Source of the DNA: the human T2T-CHM13v2.0 reference genome, Homo sapiens
NCBI RefSeq assembly: GCF_009914755.1
Contig: NC_060929.1
Strand: one strand, 5' to 3'
Length of the DNA: 64,000 nt
Shown here: positions 35,254 to 47,680 of the stretch, piece after piece
How the letters are laid out: every line of letters starts with the position of its first letter
Numbering within the stretch: the first letter of the stretch is position 1
Notes under the pieces: generated by a model
The model's input: only the letters and a program-made list of their open reading frames with translations
Told to the model about the DNA's origin: nothing
The model's database searches: none
Position numbers and translations under genes: made by a program

Positions 35254-37296
35254 AGAAAAAGCCTGGAATACTCTACTCACCCCAGGGACTGCAGTTGAAG
35301 TCTAGGACAACTGTCAAATCTGACAGAAGATAAGAATTCTTACCATATCAGTTTCCGGGGTATCTGTCCATAGCGCCTGATCAAGAGAGGAAGGTATTAA
35401 TAAAGCTGTTTTCTTGTTACTTCCTTTCCAAATTCAGATTTTCAGGAGAAAAGTATTGGTAAGAATAAATTTTTTGAGTTGTGACTCTTGTGAACTTGTT
35501 TTTGGGGTATTCATTGGTTATTGATCCTTTCTCAGGGACAAGTATTTTATCTTGTTTAGTGTTTATCTTGTTTAGTGTTCTGTAAACTTGGCTTGACTTT
35601 CTACCTGTCTGGGTAGACAGATTGTTGGGCCTACATCTGCAGGCAGTCAACCATTACACTGGGGATGCCAAGAGTAGGCTGGACAGAAATGTAGTTTGCA
35701 CATCATTTGCTGCTAATGTCCTACCAACTTTTTGCTGTCTCCGGTGAGGTGGAGAGGGTGGTGTCTTCATCTGTTTTCCCTTTGGCTATATTTGGAAATA
35801 ATTTTGGATCTTGGGAGGTCTGTATCTTTTGAAATTTCTTTTGGGATACCTCTTTTGTCCATGGATAAGTCATAAAAGGCTTACTGGTTTTGGTTTTGAG
35901 TCACTTGGAATAGACGTACTCTTGGGCAAAAAAAAAAAAAAAAAGAGTTAAGTCCTGCTAGGAATATTTATTGTTTGTCCCAAACAAATGATTTTTTAAA
36001 GTGCTCTAAGGTCGGAAGGTGATTTTTTTTTAAGTGCTCTAAGGTCAGAAGTTGGCCTAATCAGAAGTTGATATTCACAGCCTGAGAGGAGTTGTGATTT
36101 TCTGAGGCCTGTCCGCTCTTTCTATTTTATATTGCTCCTTCCATGGGAACTTGTCGACTAACACTCCTTTCTCAAAACCCTACTGATTCTATGCTCTGCC
36201 AGTGCTGCCCACCTTCTTCTCTTGGCATGATCTGCGGAGGATAATTTGGAATTTCACTGGCTTCTTAGGGAAACTTCTGATCTCCCCACACTGGCTCCCC
36301 AAGGTCCCTTTCTCCCCATTGCTTCTGCTCTTGCATACTCCTTTTGCCACCTCCCATCCTCATTCAGTTCTCCTGAATTCCAAGGTTCCCCTCCAAGGTC
36401 CTACCCTTTTTCATGTCAGCCTCTTAATCACTGAACTTTAGGTCCCTTTGTTGCTAGGGACTCCGGTTCCTCCAAAAGCAAATAACTGAAGTTGGAAAGA
36501 AAAAAGGCTAATTGACAATAAACTGAATATTTTATCCACTCAGCTGGGCTTTGAAGACATCCAGACAGCTGCTGGATATTTCCCCAGTCACTTCCCTAAA
36601 ATGTAGCTTGCAGCCACCATAAGATTACATATCAGGGCAAAGGAAATCTAAAAAGCCTTCTCCACAAATACTGTGAGAAGTGTTTGCCCTCATATTGAAT
36701 AGGTAAACTCAACTTGTCCCATTTATCTGAAATACAATTCAGATAAAAACAGCAAGTGGATATAAAGCAGTGAGTTTGTATTACTATTTTACTGACTTGT
36801 GGCTACAATTTTAGAATAAAATCAATTTTAGAAAAAAGATTTTATTTATATTTATAAATATTTACATATTTATTTGTATGTATGTGTATGTCTATATATT
36901 AATATGTACGTTACATATATGTGATATTTTTCCACCTCCAGGTAATATTACCAAATTAATTTATAAAATCCATTAAAGGAGTTCTATTCAAAATTGTTTA
37001 GAGAGGAATGAGCACTTATGTAAACTAATTATTCCTGAAACTCTCAGAAATATAGAAACATCCAAATTTTTTCTTTTTCTTCTTTTTTTTGATTCACATG
37101 AGGTAGGATATTCTTTGATATATAAAGCTAGTTTTAAGATTTTTGATAAATAAAAGCAGACATGTCTTCAGAGTTGTAAGTTTTTCTACATAGATTTACT
37201 AGTCAATCAAGCTTGTCTCTACTAGATGTTTAAGATTATGAAACTACAAATTTAACCTAGTAACAAATAAAAATACATTGCAACACTAAAAATAAA

Positions 37297-37765
37297 TTGC
37301 TTTCTGCTTCTATGAGTTGAACTATTTTTAGATTCCACACATAAATGAGATCATGCAGTATCTTTCTCTAGCTGACTTATTTCATTTAACAAAATGTCCT
37401 CCAGTTTCATCTAACTTATTGCAAATGACAGAATTTCCTTCTTTTTTAAGGTTGAATAATATTCCATTATATATACAGATGTATATACACACACACACAC
37501 ATATATACATGTATACATACATACATTTAAGAAAGAAAGGGAGGAAGGAAGGAAGGAATGAAAGAAGGAAGGAAAAAGATGGAGAGAGGGAGGGAGGGAG
37601 GAGGAACGAAGGAAGAAAGAAAGGAAGGACTCTCTGAGGTGATGGATGTATTAATTACCTTGATTGTAGTGATTATTTCACAATGTATATGTATGTCAAA
37701 TCATCAACTTGCACACCTTAAGTAAATACAATTTTTAATTTTGAAATATGCCTCAATAAAAATAA
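37297..37765. mobile_element. L1MA8/9-like 3' end with inverted 5' piece (minus ~37297-37490; plus ~37630-37765)
   Basis: ttctatgagttgaactatttttagattccac... (minus), then gaggtgatggatgtattaattaccttgattg...cctcaataaa (plus), separated by CA/GA simple repeats. Confidence 0.8.
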
Positions 37766-38443
37766 GTAAAGTCTTTCATGTATCCTGTTTGTCTTGGTCA
37801 GCCATATTAAAATATAATTATCTAAAAACTAAAAATAATCAAAGTTAAAATTAAAGCAAGTTATAAAACTGGCAGACCTATCAGACACATCAAAGATTCA
37901 AACCAGGAAGGGCATGGAAATCCGCAGGATGCCAGCTTCATATTTGCTTTGCTGCTGGTTGGAAAAAACCTATGTGATGCCAACAATTCCCATGCTTCAG
38001 TATGACAGATGCTTCTTTCTCCTCACATTCTACAGTGATTCCTTTGAGAGAATAGCAAAGACCAGCCTTATTTAGACTTGTGAAAATGTGAAGATGTTCC
38101 AGCCACTATGATTTTCCACCTCTTCTGTCACAAGAAATTCTAATTCTACATTATCTGCATGCCTTTGAAAAAATCAGCTGCTGGCTTTCTGAGACCAGAT
38201 TAAAAAAGAATAATAAGTATTAACTCATTTCAAATGTGTTTGATCATGAAGAAAGGAGAAAATATGTATAAAGAGATAAAGGTGAGACATGTAGAAGTAA
38301 AAACATTGTGTTGTATGTCCAGGGACCAAAGTCTAGTCCACTTCTGACATTAGCCCTGCCTTTTGAACAAAGTCATCTAAAGCTCTTGAAAAATTCAGCA
38401 GTTACTGAAGTCATTCAGTAAACTATAAAGTATTAGAAATTAT

Positions 38444-39390
38444 GTGACTATATATGTGCATATACATATGATATATTTATCTGTGCATATAAAAGAGTAT
38501 GTGTGTATATATAGTGTGTATATGTATACATACATATATACACTTATATGTATATGTATACATACATATATACATGTATGTGTATGTGTATATGTATGTA
38601 TACATACATATATACATGTATGTGTATGTGTATATGTATACATACATATATACATGTATGTGTATGTGTATGTGTATACATACATATATACATGTATGTG
38701 TATGTGTATATGTATACATACATATATACATGTATGTGTATATAGTGCGTCTGTGTATACATACATATACACATGTATGTGTATATAGTGCGTCTGTGTA
38801 TACATACATATACACATGTATGTGTATATAGTGCGTCTGTGTATACATACATATACACATGTATGTGTATATAGTGCGTCTGTGTATACATACATATACA
38901 CATGTATGTGTATATAGTGCGTCTGTGTATACATACATATACACATGTATGTGTATATAGTGCGTCTGTGTATACATACATATACACATGTATGTGTATA
39001 TAGTGCGTCTGTGTATACATACATATACACATGTATGTGTATATAGTGCGTCTGTGTATACATACATATACACATGTATGTGTATATAGTGCGTCTGTGT
39101 ATACATACATATACACATGTATGTGTATATAGTGCGTCTGTGTATACATACATATACACATGTATGTGTATATAGTGCGTCTGTGTATACATACATATAC
39201 ACATGTATGTGTATATAGTGCGTCTGTGTATACATACATATACACATGTATGTGTATATATAGTGTGTATATATGTATACATATATAGACGTATGTGTAT
39301 ATATAGTGTATATATGTATATATACGTATATACATGTATGTGTATAAATATATACATGTACACACACATATACAAAATGTTATATGTATA
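38444..39390. repeat. (TA/TG/CA)-rich simple repeat containing a 43-bp VNTR, 12 copies at 38745-39260
   Basis: unit gtgcgtctgtgtatacatacatatacacatgtatgtgtatata recurs every 43 bp (38745, 38788, 38831 ... 39218). Confidence 0.97.
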
Positions 39391-40256
39391 CTTAGCCATC
39401 AAAAAGCTCTCAGATTTTCTTTTTTCTTCATTCCCTTTATGAGCTATTCAAAAGTTCAAGTATTTCTTGAACACAGGTAATTTACATGGTGCTGTTAGAA
39501 TACATACATTCATTATATGTCTATAACAAGATACGTACTTTCTTATTATAAAAAGCTCTCAAATTTTCCATTTCTTTGCTCTGCAGGCTCAGACTCTCTC
39601 TTTGAAAACCTAAGACTCTATGTTAAAGACTTTGAATCTCAGTCAGCAGATAATGTTTATTAATCCATCTATTTCATCCTTCTGTCCATCCATCCATTCA
39701 TCCACTCAGTGTTCTCAAAACTCCAAGGTAGTAGTAACATGGTGAGGTTTGATATCTTTCAGGAAAGAAAATAAGAAATTATCCTAGTTCTGCTTTGCTG
39801 TTACTATTTGCTTGTTTCTTATTTTAAGTACTGTTTTTTAATTTATAGAAAGGATGGCAGATAATGGGCCCCTAAGGGAAGGAGCATGTATTCTCATGTA
39901 TCTCCAGGAATTAGTGAGGTACTCATAAGTATTTGGAAAAGTGAATGTACGCACATACATAAACATGAAGGTACTTCAAGACCAACATGCTAAAAGCTTC
40001 TCTAGGAATACAGAATTATTTCAAGAAATCTTGTCTGAGGTTTATTATGAAAGATGAAATCAAAGACTCAAAGAAAGGAATATTTCCTTATTCCTCTTTT
40101 GTTCAAACTTCACCATGTTTGAGCAGTGGAGGACAATGGAGAGAGGAGAAAAGAGTGGAAAAGGAGAAAGGGAGAAATTGGGAAAAACAGTCTGGAGTGC
40201 TGTATGCATGGCCAAAAGAAGAAAAAAGTAGATGGTGTATTAAGAGTAGCATTACC

Positions 40257-40572
<316 letters not shown>

Positions 40573-41532
40573 TTATCCATAGTCCTCTGCCCCGTCATTT
40601 CAAATCCAAGTTATTTCTATTTTAAGAATAATGAAAATGTTGTACCAACGCCATTAATGAATATTAATCTAGTTAAAATATCAATTTTTAAAAATAAATT
40701 TAGAAATAAAAACAGTTCTATTTATCTGCTTGTCACCAAAAAAAAAAAAGAGAGAATTGCTTGATGTATATCAAGCATGGCAGGAAAAAAAGAAAAAAAA
40801 ACTGTAGGCTTAACTTTTTAGTTTTTTTGCCTCTGTGATGTTTGGTGCTTGCTTAATATACGTATGTTAGAAAATGACGTGATGGTTAGCTTTGTTTGCT
40901 ATCATAGTATGTGTGCCTGAAAACTGTTTCCAAATTTTTTTTGGTAACTTGCAACCTTAATGCTATGCTAAGTAATACATATTTTAAATTCATATTAATT
41001 TTAAATATTAAATATATTAATAGATTGAAGGTATTAAATATTAAAGGTATGAAAATTATTAACTAAAAATCATAAGATAAAAACTCAAACATTCATTAAA
41101 AAACATAAGTTTAAATTTATACTTCTGTCATCTTATTTTTATATGGTATAGAAAGGCTAAATATATTTGTCTGCTAACAAACATAAAAAATTCTACAGCA
41201 GAAAATTTTATGCTTTAGAAAATGTAAAAAATTCTTCCTCATAGAATTCATATATTCTATGAGGAAGTATATGCTTTTAAAAATTGTGAGATGAAATATT
41301 CACAAAATTTTCTGGTCTGCTATAGAATGTTGGTATGTGACAGACAATTCACAATTGCCTACTTTATAGTCTTCTCCATAAAAGAGAGGTCACTAATGGC
41401 TGAAATTTATAATTAATATATGTAAATAAAATTACTAGAAACTATAAGTATAAAGGAAAACAACTTTGTAGGCCAAGTATGTGAGGTATGAAGAATATGT
41501 TTTTGTTCTGAGGAAATGAAAGTATTTATATT

Positions 41533-41743
41533 CCGTTGTAGGACTGTGTCCTTATAGGTTTAGGTTGTTTCCTCAACTATAAACATCTCAGGACCATGGG
41601 TTGTGACTGACAAGGAATGTGCCCTGCTTGTTTAAGATGGAGTTGATTTTAAAATGGTGTTACTCTGGCTCTCTTGGGCTTCTGCCTCTGTAACAAAACT
41701 ACCAACCCAAGATCAAGCAAACAACCTGACAGTGGGCTTACAG
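41533..41743 (+). repeat. local duplication of 42811-43002 fused to 43440-43461
   Basis: direct comparison: 8 mismatches in ~192 bp, then an exact 22-bp match joined through caa. Confidence 0.93.
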
Positions 41744-41815
41744 TGATACTTAACCTTCTTTATATTTGTCAGTCATTTTAAGTATTTTGTCATTTAAAGA
41801 TACTGTTTTACTTTC

Positions 41816-41856
<41 letters not shown>

Positions 41857-42289
41857 CTTTAAGTTTTAGGGTACGTGTGCACAACGTGCAGGTCTGTTAC
41901 ATATGTATACCTGTGCCATGTTGGTGTGCTGCACCCATTAACTCGTCATTTAGCATTAGGTATATCTCCTAATGCTATCCCTCCCCCCGCCCCCCACCCC
42001 ACAACAGTCCCCAGTGTGTGATGTTCCCCTTCCTGTGTCCATGTGTTCTCATTGTTCAATTCCCACCTATGAGTGAGAACAAGCGGTGTTTGGTTTTTTG
42101 TCCTTGCGATAGTTTGCTGAGAATAATGGTTTCCAGCTTCATCCATGTCCCTACAAAGGACATGAACTCATCATTTTTTATGGCTGCATAGTATTCCATG
42201 GTGTATATGTGCCACATTTTCTTAATCCAGTCTATCATTGTCGGACATTTGGGTTGGTTACAAGTCTTTGCTATTGTGAATAGTGCCGC
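41816..42289 (-). mobile_element. 5'-truncated L1PA3-like 3' end with (TAA)n tail
   Basis: tttagcattaggtatatctcctaatgctatccctcc; 17-bp TSD gatactgttttactttc 41799-41815 / gatactgctttactttc 42290-42306. Confidence 0.95.
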
Positions 42290-42421
42290 GATACTGCTTT
42301 ACTTTCATGCTTTCCTGAAAGCTTTCGCAAAGTACAGATTTATGATAATTTTAAGATCATGCCACTAGACTGGGTAAGAATTTCCAAAACTCGAATGAAG
42401 AATCTGATGTGTTCATGAAAC

Positions 42422-42973
42422 TGTTACCAGAAAAAGTGGTCTAGATCCAGACACCCAGAGAGGGTTCTTGGATCTTGCACAAGAAGGAATTCAAGGAGAG
42501 TCTCAAAGTTCAGTGAAAGAAGCAAGTTTATTCAAAGTTACATCATTGCAGAGTACGGTGTCCTCAGAAAGCAAGTGGAGGAGCACACCATATTTGTTTT
42601 AAGTTTTTTGTGTATAGAGGTCTTTCCTATGCAAAGACTAAACTAAGCTGTGCCTACGTACAGGTGAGCAGACAGAATGACAAAATTTATTATTCTGTTG
42701 AGTTAAAGAAAACTACACTTGACATTTTAGTGTGTGAGTACATCAAAACATAAGTGTTATTTTCTTGAAAGCATATATTTTTATGGGTATTGGGACATCT
42801 GGACTCTCTACTGTTGTAGGAGTGTGTCCTTATAGGTTTAGGCTGTTTCCTCAACTATAAACATCTGAGAACCATGGGTTGTGACTGACAAGGAATGTGC
42901 CTTGCTTGTTTAAGATGGAGTTGATTTTAAAATGGTGTTACTCCGGCTCTCTTGGGCTTCTGCCTCTGTAACA
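42422..42973 (-). mobile_element. MER41-group (MER41D/E-like) ERV1 solo LTR
   Basis: tgttacc...gatccagacacccagagagggttcttggatc...aagatggagttgattttaaaatggtg...tgtaaca; 4-bp TSD aaac 42418-42421 / 42974-42977. Confidence 0.8.
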
Positions 42974-45900
42974 AAACTACTAACCCAAGATCAAGCAAAC
43001 AATAATTAATTACATGGAACTGAATGAACTGAAATATAATTATTATGGTTTTTGTTTTGGAAAATTGATAGTTCTTCCATGTCTTGTTTTCAGATCTAAT
43101 GAATGACTTTTTTCTTTTCTCTTAAGCTATCTATAGCTTACAGCTATTTGGTAAAGTATGCCATTGTGAACAAAAATGAAACATTTATTTTTTTCTTCCT
43201 ATCTGATCCCTCCAAAATTTAGAAACTCTTATTAAATATTCATATTTTTATGGCAATATGGTTATTTGCATAAGTTCAATAAGAATCTGTTATCCTTGTA
43301 ACTGGACATAATTGGAAACATTGGTTACATTAATAAGGCTTTCACTGGAATGTCCAGTTTTAAGGAACTAAGCTTGACTTCATTGAGTCGTTGCTTTCAA
43401 CAGCCTCTTGGGAAAAACAAGACAAACAGACAAGAAAAGCAACCTGACAGTGGGCTTACAGGATTTCTGACCTTACAGATGAGTAAAAATGGTTGCTTGC
43501 TGGCAGGCCCAGGAAACTTCCAGATACTGGAAATGTTGAGAAGAGAGGAATTCATTGAAATCTATAGGTATTGTGGATGACATCTGATGACAAGCTCCTC
43601 TGCTTAACTTCCTAGCCTCAGAGGCCTTTAAATACCTAAGCTGAAATTCCTTATGAAAAGTTTTACCAAAGCAAAGTGAAAAAAGAGCCTATGTGGTCAA
43701 TTACTAATCTTGTCACTTTTAGGTAAGTAATCAGGCCAAGTTTAATGAGACTATAAGCAAATTAGTCTTACTCTAATTATATTTGACATAAGCTGGGTGA
43801 CTGTGGAGAGAGAACAATGTTTCCACGAAAAATTATAGGAAACATATATGGATAATAAAATCTAGTCCTGTTCACTGTAAAGTTTTGTTATCTACCTATA
43901 AATGGGACTGAATCTTTAATTCTTAATAGTTTTCTCCAATATCTGGTTACAACTCCCCAAATAAATGTTCTTAAATTTTCTCCCTTCTGACTTGGAATTA
44001 TTGAGAATGAAAACTGCCTTTTTCTTGAGGACCTGCAGGCTGATGCTGGAGGATTTGATACAAACTTAAGAGAAATCTTCACAACATATCATGTATAGAC
44101 AATCTTCATTCCTTTTGCCATGTGGACGACTCAGAAAATTCACTGGAACACCCGGTGACATAACCAAAGATATTCAAACTATAAATCAGGAAAATCTATA
44201 AAATTGCTACCACTATCTTCACTCCACCATCTTAAAATTATTCAATCTCAGCATCTAGAAATCTTGACTTCCCTCTGCCCTTAACTTGATACAACCATTA
44301 ACCTTTGTTTTTCTCTTATGGCCATAAATGTACCTCCAATTAAATGACTGATTGCTCACTTCATACAGAGACTTAATTTGGGTGGTTGACTACTCCTATC
44401 TATACCACTGCCTCCCAAAATGAGATACAATTGTTTAACTGGATAGAACTGTTCCCAGGGCTGAGAGACTAGTTCAATGGGATGTGGGGCAATCTACCAA
44501 CTCAGCTTCTGAATTGTGAAGCTTCTTGGGGAAGTTTCAGGTGGATGAATGGTGGGGTTCATGACATGATACCCCATAATATGACAACATAGCATATTTA
44601 GTATTTTTAGCTGGAGTCGTTTGAGAAATGGTAGGTGATAGAAGAATTCTCTGTCTTCCCTGAGGCAGGTCATAAGACTTTGACATGAGAGGTGCCTGCC
44701 CTGTTCCTGGAGGAAAGGAGTCTCCTTTCTCCAAAGATGGAGGAACTTCAAGAAGAATCTGAAGGCACAGGCTTTGCTGAAGGATAAGTTTCCCCCAATG
44801 AACTGCGAGAAAAAAGCTTAGCTTTTTCCATGACTTTTCACTCCTTATCAAACTTAGTGTAAAAACACTCAGATTTAATCATATATTTGGGTCTTAATCT
44901 CTTTATTAAAGCTTTCATATCATGACTTTTATATTAAATAAATGTTTATGCTCTCCTCTTGTTAATCTTTCGTTTCAGAGACCTAGTAGAGAACCTAATG
45001 GGTTAAAAGGAAAATAATTTTTCCCCTACACCTTCTAAGCTAAAGGTAATTAGAAATAGATTTCTCCACTTCTGTGCAAGAAAAAAAAAATCTTAACATT
45101 AAAAATAAACAATCTTGCTTCCATTTCTGAAATGATTCAAATTTTATTAAGCTGTAATTGCGTGGTCTGGTTAAGGTGAAAAAAAATATCTTTAAGATAG
45201 TGTATTCAGCAACACAAAATTATTTTTATTAAAATAACATTTCTTTTTGCAATTGATGGGATGATGTAAATGGTTTTAATACAGTGAGAATCTCCTTCAA
45301 AATATTTAAATGTTATACATCATGCTAGTTCCTCCAGAAAAAAAAAATCATTAATCTGGCTGCTAATGAAAACCTCTGAGTTATTCTAAAATTAAACAGC
45401 AGAATTATGCTTGCACTTCATTGGATAATATTTAAGTAAATTAGAAAAACATTGTTTAGCAAATTTGAAGGAAATTAGTCAGTAAAGAATATTCCCTTAT
45501 TGAGTCATACTATACTGTCGTTAAAATTCCATCTTAAATACAACTGCTTTACACCAAATCAGCAAGATCTGCCAGGTTGGTACTTTTTTTTCTCATTTTT
45601 CAATCTCTTTTCATTAATCCCAACACTTTTATTTAATTAAAGCTTGACTGTCAACAAATGAGCCTGAAAAATAGTTTTGAAAGACAGATATTAATGGTTT
45701 GCATGCTAACAAAGAGCAAAGCTTGAATAGTTTCATATATGCATTCCCAAAGAATATGTAAGTATTTAGACATTGTAGTGAATCAAACTGAAATTGATAT
45801 TTTTATTAAAATCTCTTTAAAGAGACAAGAGCTGCCCTTGGCCACTAGGTATAAAGTATTTTACCATATTATCTTTTAAAGGAATTGCTTTCAGAACACA

Positions 45901-47680
45901 ATTTATTTTAGCTGTAAGGTACACCACAACAAGAAACATAGAATATTGTCATAACGAAAACATTTCATTGAGGAATTGATGCCCTCAGGCAACACAGAGA
46001 ATGTTACCATCAGGTTTTGTAAAATAATAAGTATTTGATATGTCTTAAAGGATCCACTATTAAAGTGTTTTTATGAACAACGATATTAGATCTTAATACT
46101 CTTATGCTTATTTGTGCTTTTGATTACTCACTTATTAATTCTAATAAAAAAGGTCATAGAGATTGTTAAAATCTAAGAAAAAATTAAGTTAAATATTAGA
46201 GAATTTTGTTGAATAATGCATTGTTTGAATAACCGGACTTGTTTTAATTAGCATTTTCCTCTGTATATTTATTTATAACCAGACAAGGGAATAATTTACA
46301 TGCAAACTATTGAACCATTTTTCCACAAAGTTTAGATAAATAGAGAACACCTTAAATAACCAGAAGTGGACAAATATGATAGCTAGCTTTATGATAAGGA
46401 CTATATTTTACCTGGAAATACAGGTTAAAATCATAATATGCACCTCCCTTATGTAACATAAATATGTTATGCTATTTTCCCATATGCCATCCACGCAAAG
46501 ATCTTCTAACGTCATTGAAAATATTAGATCAGAGATACAGAAGGATCCCAGAATCCATTTTAATGCAAATGGGCAAATACTAAATATGTTTTAATGATTA
46601 TCAGAGTTTGCACAATTCCAAGATTGAATGCACCTTCAGTGCATATAATGTGTGTGCGTGTGTGTAAATATCCTTTTAGCTGAAGTCCTATGAAAAACAT
46701 GACTTCAGTTAGAAATTGACATTATCAATAGAGCTTTTCAAAGTTTTAAGACAATATCATAAGTAACAAACAAAAGATATCCAACTCATCTATAATCTAA
46801 CATTTAACTGTTCATATCTAAATTCTAATATTAATGAGCATCTCTTGATCAAAGCAAATCATGTCATAGGACTTATTTTCCAAAAGGAGGACCTCATATG
46901 TAACAAGACCAAGCCAGAAACAAAAATACGAATTTAATCTAGTGTTATGTTTGCAAGTTTTCATAACTGGAATCTTACTGAAAGTAAACAATTCTGGTTT
47001 AACCTACCTTTTTAGCATTTTTGCCATTATTAAATGGATACTTTATAGTTAAATTGTACCTTTTGCTTTGCAATTTGAGATGCATATTTGATAATATGTA
47101 TTTAAGGTAACAACAGAAAATAATATTACCCAAGATTGATCCATAATAACAATTCATAATTAATATTTTCTCAAAAAGAACATTAAATAAGTAATAAGCT
47201 ATATAATTATCATGAAATGCCTATTCCTAATACAAGAACAAAATCGCCATAGTAATTTACTCTTACAAAGATTTTTAAATTTATAATAGCTAATACTCTT
47301 CTTAATATTAACAAACCTAAAAAAGTGGAGTGATTTGGATGTTCAAGTACAGGATAAATATAAACATTGATGATTTTAAGAAACACGCTAACTTGATATC
47401 CAATCTTTTTTATTAAACATCCAGTTTTTAAAAGTGTGTGAACACACTTATCAATAGAGTTTAACAGAAAAAACTATTTTTAAAATAACTGAGAACACAC
47501 AGAAAATCATTTAAACATGCTGTTAAAATTCAAAACTACATAGAAGTTGATTTAAAAACAAAAAATTTTTAGAAATTTGAATAATAAAATGCTGCTATTA
47601 AAGTTTACAAAAGAAGCTGCATTACATTTCTTTAAAAGCAAATAGAAAGTAATAAATACTCATAAAATGCAAATTATTTA

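Noticed and set aside
38745-39260. Regular repeat array superficially like a CRISPR
   Set aside because: Units are contiguous with no unique spacers, no cas genes, and the DNA is primate; it is a VNTR
38440-39442. Long ORFs (up to 320 aa) on both strands
   Set aside because: Y/I/H/T/C/V/M repeats produced by translating a stop-poor simple repeat
45838-45856. tggccactagg resembling a CTCF core
   Set aside because: The G-rich second half of the motif is missing (followed by tataaag)
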